A stretch of DNA of 64,000 nt. Origin: Takakia lepidozioides (taxonomy: Eukaryota > Plantae > Bryophyta). Location of the stretch: positions 58,156,001-58,220,000 of the forward strand of contig CM060733.1 of the NCBI GenBank assembly GCA_030704615.1, in the 5' to 3' direction. Below are positions 1-12,318 of the stretch, piece by piece. The translations under genes were made by a program, and so were the position numbers. How positions within the stretch are numbered: the stretch's first letter is position 1; each line of letters starts with the position of its first letter. The notes beneath the pieces were generated by a model. That model was not told the DNA's origin, did no database searches, and saw nothing but the letters and a program-made list of their open reading frames with translations.

Positions 1-2293
1 AACATTGTAGGTACTATAGCATGCATGTGCATCTTTGCGAGATCCATCCATATAAATGCATTGAATGGGTTTAGGATGCGATGGAGCTATATTTTGGGAT
101 TGATAAGACATGCAATGGGTGAAGTGTCGCCCAAGTTGGTCCTATAAGTGCAATTTTCCAACATTTGTCCGGGTTTATCCCTGGATATTCCAGAAGGGTG
201 AGTTGTTGTGGATAAACTATCCAAACAAACGTTTTAGTATATCGTTTAAATGAAGGAAGAAATTTGGTGGTATTTAACTGTGGTGGAGCACAAAAGTTGT
301 GTGGAATTGTTTGACATCGTAAGTTGTGGAAATTAAAAATATTATCAAACCTTGTAATAGTTTATATCCTAAAAATGTAGACTTGCACGGATTATTTTAT
401 GACAATTGCGTTTAACATCTTCTATGCAAGCAACAGTCATGCTCATGCATTCTTTGAGTCAGAGCATTTAATTATGGATTTTGCCCATTCCTACAGCTAA
501 TCATCCAACACTACTGGAATAGGGTCTCTACGTGCTACATCATCGTTTTCTGTTGAAACTACCCAAACTATCTAATTTTTTAAGTTATCAAATTATTTTT
601 ATTGAATTATAAATCAATAATGATGCAACTACCAAAGGATTTTTATTATTATTTTTATTTTAGTGTTGAAGGAGTCAACTCTTTCTATGCAATAGTTTGA
701 TTTTGAAAGTTGTAGAAACTAAATATATCAGCAGACATTGTAATTAATTTTATATTATCCACTGCAAAATCAATTATTTGTAGGTGTAGCAAATTCTCCA
801 TACCTTGAAAAATTTGAAAATTATAAATGTGTTTCATTTGCTTAAGAACTACACACAGCTAGATTTTTAGAAACTTGAAGATAGTTGGTATTTATATGAC
901 TACATAACAAAAGTCAATGAACGGGATGCACATTTGCAAGTATTATGGATTTGACTTAGGTAGGTGGTGATAATCTGATACAAACAATAGAACATTACTA
1001 GAGAGCATTACATTTTCTTGGACATTCTTCACTGAAATTGCCATTAGTAGTGCAAAACATCAAGATCCTAGTATATTACTGATGCATTAAAATAAGAGGT
1101 ATAAGTTATACAAGGGCTATGCCATGATATTTAGATAGAACTAGTTTTACACCAGCTTGGACGGACAAGTAGGTAGTCATTAAGACAAAGACTACACATT
1201 CATTTGGGTCTACAACTATCTTAACCCCTGAAAGACGAGCTATTTTTTGGTGGGCCCACTAAAAAAGAGTACATACCCTTATGGACGAGGGTGTGACTTC
1301 TTACCCCCAATGATCCATGGGGATGAACCTTATACTTATGTGCATATCTACCAGATCCATGTCCTGTCAAAAATATAGGCAAATTGACCATTGCATTCGG
1401 GAGATGATAACAAACTAATATGCCCCAATTTGTAAATATATTCAAAAATTGCATGAAAAAAATTGTTTGACCACAAAATTGAATTATCGAGTTGAATCTT
1501 TCTAGACAAAGGCCCTCCACAATCTGATTATATGGCACCTAAACTACTGCCTCCCCAAAAAATCAGACCAAAAGTCCAAAAATTCATATATGTATGTGAA
1601 ATCTGGGGGTAAATTATCTTGTTTTGGCTTCTTTTCCAAGTACACCCATGAGGTGACATTTGTTTTCCAATTCCCCTGGTAAGTAAGTGCACAATAACAT
1701 TTCATGGTGCCTTGTCTAAAATTTTTGGCATTATGATAAATTTTCAGCCCTAGATGTTATCTTGAAGATTGCCCATTTGGCTGCCACGTAGGTAGGTCAA
1801 TGGTGCTCCAACGTTGGATTTCCTGAACCCCTGGCACTTTGCAAAATTCTAGGGAGCGGAGCTTTTATGATTTTTTGGCGCTGTAAATTCGTGTTGGGTA
1901 TATATATACCCTGGTGTGACAAGTTTAGGTACCCGGATGTATACCCTTATATCAGGGTATATTTTTATGATATACCCTTATCCTTATATTTACCCTGCAT
2001 CAAGACGCTCAATATACCCTACTTTCCTGAAGGGTATATCTAATCAGGGTATATAAGGGTCTTTATGTGCCTTCATAGCCTTCATGTGCTAGGTCTTTTC
2101 TCTTTTTTTTTGTGTTGTTAGGGAGCCTTGAGCTATAAGAAAGTTCCAATCACAGCTAAAACAAATGTTACATATATATCATTCCTTAAATGTCATATAA
2201 CCCAAACAATACCTCTTCAGATCTCGCATATATATATATAAAAGGAAACCTGACAGCCCACAATTTAGGTCCTCGAGGGGTTTTTATTTATTT

Positions 2294-2684
2294 AAGGAAA
2301 TCTGGGAGCGACAGCCCACAATTCAATTCAGGCCATTGAGGAGGGGGAAAGATTAACCCCCTTTCATTTATGGGCCATGAGACCTGCAGGACGATCAACG
2401 CCCAAACATACCGTCACACGAACAATCCCACACACGGGGCAGGGCAGCGGGTTCGAACCCTGAACCACCCGAGTGACACACACTGTGCACTAACCAGCTG
2501 AGCTACCAGCCGATGTGCTTTTTTTTAAATTTCAAACCTCCTCCATCTTGCATTGGAAATTAACACCAAAATATTATGCAATATCTTATCAATTTTCTCT
2601 TTCACCATAGTTTTTTTTTTTTTTTTTTTTTTTTGTGGTACATATTGAAGAACATCTTGTGAGCAGTCGCTCCCAGGTTTCCTT
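2294..2684. mobile_element. MITE with about 27-bp TIRs
   Basis: AAGGAAATCTGGGAGCGACAGCCCACA (2294-2320) versus TGTGAGCAGTCGCTCCCAGGTTTCCTT (2658-2684); partial extra left TIR near 2242-2262. Confidence 0.7.
2326..2518 (-). mobile_element. tRNA-derived SINE
   Basis: Minus strand has Pol III A box TAGCTCAGCTGG (2494-2505) and B box GGTTCGAACCC (2449-2459), followed by a non-tRNA body; 3' boundary approximate. Confidence 0.65.
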
Positions 2685-3089
2685 TTTGAAACAAAAAAAA
2701 CAAAAAAAAAATAAAAAATCATGTATTCTTTAAAACCATTAAATTATGTATTAATGGCAATAACTATTCATACCCTCAGGGTATATTTTGGCATATATAT
2801 CCCTACCCTGGGGTTATATAGAAATCTGAGTTAATTTACCCATACCCGGAGGGTAAATAATTTTTTGAGATTTCAATTTATCCGTAAATGATATGACAAA
2901 AATAATTTACTTATACCCTAAGGGTATATTGAAATCAATATACCCGCACAACACTGGTAAATTCCCACATGTGCTCCTCTTTGATATCTACAATTCATCT
3001 TCAAGGTTCACTTCCATCCACTATCATCCATGGGAACTAGAGCATGGAAAGTAATCTGATGCGACCCCTATGGGGTCGCGCTTTAGGGG

Positions 3090-3400
3090 TTAACGCTAAA
3101 AGTAGCTTAGATCTTCACGTTACAAGTAGGTAGTCTTGTCTTGACTATGCATTCACTTGGGTCTAGAACTACTTTACCACTAAAAGTAGTTTGGACCCTA
3201 ACATTAGGACTATGCAATTATCTAGGTCTACCTAGAGTAACCATAAAAGTAGCTTGGACCTTAACGTTAGGACTACTCATTTACTTGGGTCTACAACTTT
3301 CCTAATGCTAAAAGTACATTACAAATAGGGAGTCTTGTCTCTACTAGGCATTCACTTAGGTCTACAATTACTTTAACGCTAAAAGTAGCTTGGACCTTAA
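3090..3400 (+). repeat. Degenerate tandem repeat, about 60-85 bp units (another unit at about 1150-1224)
   Basis: Recurrent ctaaaagtagcttggacc...cattcacttgggtctacaact units. Confidence 0.75.
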
Positions 3401-3682
3401 CCCTTAAACGCCCAAAAGCCCAAAATGGGTCGTTTCAAAGCTAAAAAAAGACATAACTTTCTTGGATCTTATTTAGGGTTGCAAACACAGGATGGTAGGC
3501 TCCCGCCAAAAAGAGCGGCGGTCCCGCCATTTTTCCTCTCTCGCACATCTCGTAGGCATCTGTTCCTGCGTGACTTGGTGCCCAGTGACCATTCATGGAG
3601 CAAGTTGTCGTTCCCTGTCCCCCGTAGGCTACAATATATATGATTGTTGTGGACCTGTGATTACTCCCCTTCCATTTTGCTT

Positions 3683-3823
3683 CATTTCATCAATGCAGAG
3701 ATTTTGTTCATGCTTCCAAAAGCGGCCAAAGAGGTCATTGTAGGTTTCAATCAACCAGTGGGTCTTCGCAATTCTATCATAGTCAGGTGTTGTCTTATGG
3801 GACGAGGGTATAAATCTGATTGG
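3683..3823 (-). pseudogene. piggyBac-like transposase fragment
   Basis: Hand translation (not in the ORF track): PDYDRIAKTHWLIETYNDLFGRFWKHEQNLCIDEM, resembling the piggyBac YD...K.R.L...QNLSIDE block containing the first catalytic Asp; about 280 bp from a TTAA|CCCTTAAACGCC terminus at 3401. Confidence 0.7.
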
Positions 3824-5575
3824 CTACTGCGCTCAAGACTTTTGTCACTTGTGCGCCATTGCAGCCTGGAGCTGATCCAGTCAACGGCACTTGTTCTAGG
3901 CATCTGATGAGTAAGACATGTCAGTATGCGACTAATGATAAGGAGGTGGCCGGTGCTGAACCGTACTAACTGCATCCCCTATAAATACACAGTGGCTGTC
4001 AATTGTTAGCCTTAGAAATGGAATCATATGCAATGGAATGATGGTGTGCAAAATAAAGTGTGAATGCGTTGCCAAAGTAAGTGTAACTTATGGTGTCACT
4101 TGATCCCACAGGGCTAGGGTCAGTACCCTCCGGTGGGTTGGTGTGTGTGTGAAATATATATAGTCAAATATAATTTATGACAACCATACACTACAACGTA
4201 CACATGAGATTTCCTACATCAAGTCGCACACTACCTCAGACAATAGTGACATGTTGTGAAGTAATGACTTGTGTGGGAACAAAAATGGCTTAGCAACCCA
4301 AATGCATAGATGACTAAGAATGTAGGGTTTTATATACAAATCTAGCAACTACCACATTCTGTGATGTCATATGTTGTGTATGCATTCTCAACAAGACAAG
4401 ACATACACGGAAGGCCCTTCCATTGAAAGTATGGAAACTATAGAATCATTTCAATTTTACCTATAAAAACATGTCAACTACCACATTGTGAAGTAGTTAT
4501 ACCTCAACAATGACTGTTCAGAGGATGTGAAAATGAGACACAATCATGGAATTAATGGTGTGGGATTTAGATTAATTTGTGTCTTATAGCTAATATAGCC
4601 TCCCTTCAACCTTGGTTGATTGCTAATTGCCCTTGGTTAACAAACTGGATGATCCACATAAGTTGGATGAAATATATGTGAATAAATGACTTAACATTTA
4701 TGAAGGAGCATCCAATTTTTTAATATTTAACAAATAACATTTAACCTTTGTGAATTACGGTCAGGGAGGTAGGACTTTTACAACAATTAGGGCAGTTTAA
4801 CATATGAGAAAATAACAGTTAACCAGGATAGATTGTAGCCAAGTAACATCCCTCTTCGACTTTGTCAGGAATTAATTCCTACCTAGTCTAGATTCCTCTT
4901 CCCTGTTTTCTGTAATGTTGGTTCTGAGTAGTGCCTCTGTAATCTGCCTTATGGCTCTCTGTAAGGTTATTTTTCCCTTCCCTCTTCTTCAATAAATTTT
5001 CCAGGGCTACAATCCCCCTATTATTATTATTATTATTTTAAAACACCCCTCCCTTATGTAATGAACACAAAATTATTGTTGTTTGTTGTCCAGAATATGC
5101 CATAATAGTTGAATTAGCCCACATTTCTACGGATCTCTATCCAACTGAGATACCCATGTCATGCCTTCCAACATACTCTGAATTTATGGTATAGTTGGGG
5201 ACGTGGACTTCCATAAACAGCAACTCACACCCACTCATGGTATGCAGCCTGCTTGCCAACTTATCCACTAGGAGAGGGTGGGCACCTACTGTTTGAGCCA
5301 AACCCTACGTGGCATGCATCATTTCTCAGGCATCCATTTCCCAAAAACAAACACTCGACAAAGATTGTGGCTTTGCACATGGGGTCACATGTGGGGCAGG
5401 CTGCTACCCGATCCTTCAAAAAATAAAATCAAGCAAAAGGGCGAGGACATCTAGCGGGCCGTCTATGGCATTGGGCCCACATGGCTCTTGCATGAATTAG
5501 GGTGGCTATTTGCATGGTGGCTATTCCATGTGGGGCCCATGGAGTGCATGCAATAGGCACGGGGTGAAGGAGTGC

Positions 5576-5717
5576 GGAAGGTTCTGGTGCCGAAGGTAGA
5601 GCTGGAAGCTACTTGGTGAAATAGTGGGAAGGTTCTGGTGCCGAAGGTAGAGCTGGAAGCTACTTGGTGAAATAGTGGGAAGGTTCTGGTGCCGAAGGTA
5701 GAGCTGGAAGCTACTTG
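5576..5717 (+). repeat. Perfect 51-bp tandem repeat, about 2.8 copies
   Basis: ggaaggttctggtgccgaaggtagagctggaagctacttggtgaaatagtg starts at 5576, 5627 and 5678. Confidence 0.95.
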
Positions 5718-8700
5718 GGGCTAAGGGTGAAATAGTGGGCTAGGCTGAGGTGGATTCAAATGTCATGGAGGTGACATGCTGAGGTGCATTCTCTCCAATA
5801 TCTGCGCATCTTAGACATCCAGTCACCATATTCACCTCAAATCCTTTGTAAAATCGGCGGAGAGGCGTACGGCATCGTCATGGAATATAACAAATTCCGT
5901 TGGAGATGTAATTTGAGCAGAAAAATGTTAGTTGCAAGCAATAGTCCGACATGAATAATAATTCACCTAAGAAAATAAAAGTCCTGATGTATAACATAAG
6001 CTGCCTCATAACCCAATACAACATAGTTTTGACCAATATATATAGGTATATCCAAGATAGTGTTACATCCTGCTATTCCCCACACCCATGCGGACCCCAC
6101 ACCGGACACTACAAAAACAATCACGTTGACATTCAAGTTAATTATTTTTTTAAAGTTAAATTTCTGGAACAAAAAAAATAAAACCAAGCAATGCAGTGGG
6201 GTCCACCTGAACAATTACCAATTACTCCTCCCTTTCCCCCACCCGCTGTCAAAATGATGACGACAATGGTGGACCAAGTATGTGTCAACAAGTTGCGCTT
6301 TTTTTTATGATGCTTTCATTGATGAAAGTTGTATACATTCATCGAAGCAGCATATATGTTAAGCACGTGGAAGCAGCTGACCAGGCAAATACGTATATGA
6401 CAGGGTGTGGCAACCACTGCCAATCCGATCGAACCCAATGTCGCGGAAAGCTTTGCGATTTGGTAGGACCCGGATTGTCGATGCCGGATCGCCTAGTGTT
6501 GGTACTGTGGCCCTGCATCCTTGCTACTGCAACTCCGACTCTATCACCTGGCTTTTACTCTGCTTTTATGGTGGGCTGCCACCCGCGCTCCGCTAGTGAG
6601 ACATGTGTGCTGTGGAGGGTACTAAAGCCTGCTGCAGGCCAGGCTAATGATCCGGAGGAGAGAAGCCACTAGGGCACCTTTCCATTGACCCCCCTCACCC
6701 CGTGAACTAGTTGACCTCATATGGATCAGCACATGTCAAGGCCTCACTAGGAGATTCAACGGGTTGCGCATTGTAGCCAGTTTTGCTGCAGTCTGCTCTA
6801 CGGCATCCACGGTTTGAGGGGTGTCACATGGAAAGAGGCCCTTGTTAGTGAGCCAGGCTGGCCTGAAAGTGAGCTGTGCGGCCCTTTACATCGTGTGAGC
6901 CGATAGCAAGAAGGACATGCTTCAAATGTCGTTGTTTAAGTTAGTCTGAAGAACAGTCTACCTCACAACCGTGAAAAGTTGAACTCTCTACTTAGAGTTT
7001 ATCTAGTTTGTGGGGTCGAATTTGTTGTGGGGATGTCGAGTTTGAGCTATATGTATCACTAAAGGTGCATGATAACGGCCTACAGTGCTCAAACTAGACA
7101 ACAAAAAACTATCCTTTTTCTAGAGTCAACAGGCGCAAGATAGTCCCGGAGCAAGTTGGCACTTTGCATAAATCCCGTCAAGTGGCAGTTGGGGTGTGAT
7201 CCAAATTTGACCTACCTACGTACCAGCAGGTAGCTCCATAGAATTTTCTTACTTGGAAGATACTCTAACTTATATGGAATGGGTAACGTAGAACCAACCA
7301 ACCGTCTGTAAAATTTCGGTCGCCACGTAGTAATGAAGCGGGCCCATGCCCGTGGGACATCAGAATCATCCAGTATTTCTATTAGCGAAGTTAAGAAGAC
7401 AGTTGGCCCCCATACTATATCTGATAGCGTGCCTCAGGGACACGCCCAATATAAACTTACTGTACTGGAGCTCTCTGATTTGTGCGAAGTCACTTCGGAG
7501 CCATCCATTGAATGTCGAAGTAATGGGACTACACTTATTTCTATGAGAAGACACAACTATGTATAGATATTAAATTGTATTTACGGGTCATGAAAATCCT
7601 TGAGAGATCTAACTTTGATGCGGGAGGAGGTATCCCGGGATGGAAATAATAAGTAAACACTAGGTATTCTGCACAGTACCCCCCTCAGCTGCTTAGACTG
7701 TCACTAACCAGAGCTAAGCTAAGCCAAATACCCTTGGAAGTTGAAAAGCTTATCATCGCACAAGATATTCCACATGAGTTTGAGACTTCTGTGGGGTCAG
7801 TGAGGAGCGAAGACGGTGTAGACACGTGCTGCTGTCAGTAGGCAGGCTGCTACCGACCCAGCTTGTACCGGTCCCTTTTGTGATGCAAAATGAGCGGTCC
7901 AACAAAGATCTGCAGTGGCCAATAAGAAGGAAGTCTTCCGTTTACTATCATTAAAATGAGACAAATGTGTGATCCCTTGGTGGACTACCATACGTCAAGG
8001 GGTGATTGAGAAGAGGACGGGCGATTAATGACACCGCCATATGGGGAAGTAGGCCCCAAGTTCTGCCATCTGGGATAGAGCGCACCTCCACGCCAAGAAA
8101 GTAGGAAGATTCTGAGATTTCCAGGGTCATCCACATTTGCCTTTTTCCTTGACGTACATGCTTGCCTAATTTGCAACCTGTCCAGACCCCCGAGATTGCT
8201 GGTCAGTTGACACGAGCACTTGAACTAACTGCCCGATCAGATCCTCAATTTCATCTTATCCTTGCAGGGAGAAAATTAAAATATTGGGACGTGTAAGGAA
8301 CTCATTCATGATCTGTAGTAGTGGTTCAATTGATGCTTGGGGTGGGTACCCTTCGCCCCGAGCCACCAAATATTGGGGGACCCAATGTCCTGTCAGGGTC
8401 CAGGAGCTTGCCCAAGTTCCAATGAAGTGAGTCAGTAATCGATTGATGAACATACATCTTGAGCATCAAGAGACGTAAATGTCTGACATGATGCCAGCTA
8501 TATACAACTCTCACTCGCACAATGTAGCAAAATCATCCAGCTGGGGAGGAGTGACGACTTTTGGATGGCGACACAGATCATCAATACCTATGTGACACAG
8601 AAGATTGACTGCAGGTCGAGCTGTCAGACGTTAGGATAAACGACGCTGCTGCACCAAATGCTGCCAGATACCTAGACGTTCCCAATAACGTTGCCACTGC

Positions 8701-11700
8701 ATGTTGTTGCAATGTTCATTTCCTTCGTCTACTTGCGAGTGCTTACGGAGATGTTGTTGGGCAAGGAGTCATTCCTCAACTCTCAACTTGGTGACAATGA
8801 ATTGTTGAGGAAATGGGCTTTGAAGTTCGAAAGTTTGCAAAATCTTTGTTTCTCTCTGACTGATAGGCTGTTTTATTAGATTCCTTACCCAGTCTGCAAT
8901 TCGGTTCCAGCAATTCTTATTCTCTGCACCTTTTTTGTATTTAGGTTCCTAGGATAGCGGTTTAGTTCCTCAATTTCAGGGCCTCTCCTTTCTTTAGACA
9001 AGAAAAACAAATATCCTAGTGGGGCTGACTTGGCGCGGTTTCCACCAAAAAAGAAAATCGTGGAGACGAGAGACATGGGGTAAATTGAGCCACTAGGGCA
9101 AAACCAAAACTACTTCTCCTTGAGGCCGGGTAGGCTACTCCCCCTGTTATGTATGGGCGCTGCATTCTGCGCTCTCTACACATGTAGGAAAGGTGGGTCC
9201 CCTTCACACTGAAGCAAATGGTTTGCAATCTCCTGCTCCAACAGGGTCCCACGCCTGTCACAGCGAATTGACTCAAAGCTGACAAGAGCGGCGGCTAGCT
9301 TTAATAACCTCTTTGTTCCGCTACTACCTCGAGCTTTCCTGCAAGAGAGGGGCCAAGGCCTCGGGTTAAAGCCCTCACTTGGCCTCTGAACTTGAAAATA
9401 CTATGTGTGAAGTGTGAAGTGTGAACCCACCAGGGACCAGAATTTCTGGGGTTGCCCTTCTGTGTATGCCTTGGTTTCTCTGAGTACCGTTGGCAAAGAA
9501 CTATCTTGCAGAGGACCTACAAGAGAAGCTGCTGCCCCTTCGCTAAAGAAAAGCTTTTCCCCACAAGGAGGTTTTGGGTGACGGGTTGTCATTGGTTAAG
9601 GTAGGGGCCATGACTTATACCCTACCTCTCTGGGTATAAGGATAATGGCCACGTAGGCGCCAAGTAAGATTAAGTTGTTTTGGCCCTTGGACCAAGTGTG
9701 AGGCCCAGCCGAGCCAAGAGTCAATTCCGACCAATACAATCACTTGGGTTTTGGCCCTACACTGCTGGGCTTGAAAGCGGCCTTTTAAGATGACAACTAG
9801 GAGAGAACGAACACCAATGTGCCAGTGGAGAAATGGAATCTCTCCTTCGAGTCTTTTGCTCCATGTCAGACCGCTCCGTGCTGGCCTTGTCTTTAAATAC
9901 GGCTCTTTCCGCTGAAGCACCCTGTAGTCTGGTATAGACCTTCTAGCGAGCAGAGCAGCTAGAGCTAAACGTGGGCCTTTTACGATTTTCTTAGATGTGA
10001 CATTGAGTCCGTCGCTGGTCGAGCTTCCATTGCAATCCTTGTAGTGTTGCCGGGCATCACAAACTCGGCCTTTCAATTGGTGTCCCTTTCTCTATTTCGT
10101 ACCGCAAACTTCACTGGAGTAGTTTCCTGTGAGTGACAATGGGACTTTCTCCGTAAGTATTCAGCTTTTTCCAGCAAGGAGGGTTCTTCACTTCGCGCTC
10201 CGCCGGCGGTGTATCGTTATCAACCTTCCACAGAGCTTCAGTAGGGAGTCTTCCCGCCAAGCGTGTTCCAGATTAACAGGTCAGTTAAGAAGTAGTTCAT
10301 AGTCCTTCAGCTTGATGATTTAGCAATGTCGTGAATTTCTGTCCTCAAAATCGCTGCACGAGAGGGTTAGTATACAATGGCCGAATATTTTCTACTATCC
10401 CCGAGTCGGCCTTCTTGATGACCCAGAAGTAACTGCAATGCGGGTGTTCCTAATGTACCCGTTTGCGCGCTTTGGGCGGTCAACCATAAGCACTCGTACT
10501 GCGCAGGCAACTGCATTCCAAGCAGAATTGGAAGCTGGCCGCCATAGCGGTGACCGGAATGTCCACTAACCCACAATTCACTGTAACCAAGGCAATACAT
10601 TGTATGACATTGTTCGCAGGAGTGCTTGTGAGAGAGAAAAGAGAGCGTGTACAGGTGTTAGAATCCCAGGTGTTGACGACCAATGCAGTTGACATGTCGT
10701 AGCGAAGAGATAATGGTTCCTGCTTTACAGGTGGTATGGATAAGCATAAGGAACCGTATTTAGCACAGTGTCACAGTAGATCATTGTAAAAGTCAAATAT
10801 ATCTTTGAACATCCACCGTCCGGACCTTTCCTCAAGCAGGCATTTGTAGAATTCTTCTCCTCAGCAGCTCGAAACAAGGGGCATGAAGTGGGCACTTGCT
10901 GACTCTTCGGCTGGAGGCCATTTCTCGGTTTTTCTTGGCAAGCTTTTCTTGCTCCCTCCCAGCCATGGATCTCTCTACAATTCGAGTGAAAATGTCGAAT
11001 TTCAGTGATTCCGATATTCGCTCTTTGAGTCTCTCACTGCACTTGGGTGCCCACCCAGCTCATATCGTGTATCTCTCAGAGAGTGGATCATTTCTCCAAT
11101 GTCAGGACTCCTCCATAAGAACTTCCCAGGTACCCTAGACCCCCTAGTACACTTTTCTCGACCAGCTGTGGACACGTGCGCGAGCACTGTATTGTGCCAT
11201 CAAAATGAAAAGCTGGTCTAGAAGTACCCAATTTCTAGATTCTCATGTGCCTTGAGCTTTCTAAGATTCGATTGGAAGACCATGGGTTCCGTTGGCGCAG
11301 CTGCACACGAGAACTGCGGGTCCTGGCGATTTTTGGATTTCAACGTCTGCGACCGACGGTCGCACGATCGTTGCACGTCTATATGCCAGGCGGTCATAGA
11401 CAGATCATAGCTGATGATGACTCCATATAATATATATGACATTCTAGACTTGTATACGACCAACTGGCAGTAAGTATTTGTGCTGGACATGCAATCCACC
11501 ATGTTCGGGGGATTGTAAAGTAGTTCATAAGCATCCCCGGGCAGTGCGGTGTGATGTAAGTCCTTCGTCATTGTTTCAGTCCCTAGCTCTGTTGCTCATG
11601 GAGCGCAATGCCAGTTGGGGAAGCGTCCGCAGGCTCTCCTGACGCGTGGTTTGCATCATGCAGCTTCTGTTGACAACTTGTGGCGGAGAAGGAGCTTCAA

Positions 11701-12318
11701 TACTTGTGGCAGAGGACGGTAGCAGGTTTGACAGATCTTGCATGGTGAGTGGTGACCAATGGCCTGCACATCACTTGTTTGACCCAACGAAAGAAAAGTG
11801 GTATCCCCTTTTGTTTACTGCGCTACTATGAAGGCAAAGCGAAGGCCCCTGGGTGAGGGGCGAGAGGTGCGATTCGGCCACCGCCAACGTAAAGATCTCC
11901 GCGCACCTCGCCGCCTCTAGCTACTCGCGAGTAAGGAGGAACTTAGGGCGGCTGCTAAAGTGGGAAGGAAACGGTGGGCCCAACAAGGTTGTTTATAAGG
12001 TTCAGTGATTCTCAAACATCAGTGGAGAGTGTAGCTCAGTTGAAAGTGCGACTCGATAATTCACTCCGACTGTTTGCAGATTTCGGAGACAGTCGACTTA
12101 GATCTTCCTTCTGAAGACAAAAAAGTCCAGAGTTTCAGTGATTCGTTCAGGTTGCTGCGCATGGGCTTCCGGAAGTCGTATCCGGGGCAAGCACCCTAGA
12201 CCCACCTGGCAAGTAGCTCTCCGTATCCGCATGCTCATCCACTCCTCCAGGAACTTGGAACTATTTACACCCGGTGCTTCCTCTTCCCTACTCCACCTCT
12301 GTGGAAAGTTTGTCGAGA

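Larger units (their letters stand above)
1891..2956. mobile_element. Non-autonomous hAT-type element
   Basis: 8-bp TSD GTAAATTC at 1883-1890 and 2957-2964; right end CAACACTG (hAT-like CAGTGTTG), left end GTGTTG lacking CA; many subterminal TATACCC/GGGTATA motifs. Confidence 0.8.
1225..3089. mobile_element. Non-autonomous piggyBac-like DNA transposon (TTAA target)
   Basis: TTAA at 1221-1224 and 3090-3093; termini CCCCTGAAAG...CTTTAGGGG. Removing the element gives ggtctacaactatcTTAAcgctaaaagtagct, matching the intact tandem unit near 3360-3390. Confidence 0.75.

Noticed and set aside
2440-2518. Genuine tRNA gene
   Set aside because: A and B boxes are present but acceptor and anticodon stems are unconvincing and it sits in nested TEs; better read as a SINE head.
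12029-12075. tRNA-like GTAGCTCAGTTG upstream of the dioxygenase
   Set aside because: No B box or cloverleaf follows.
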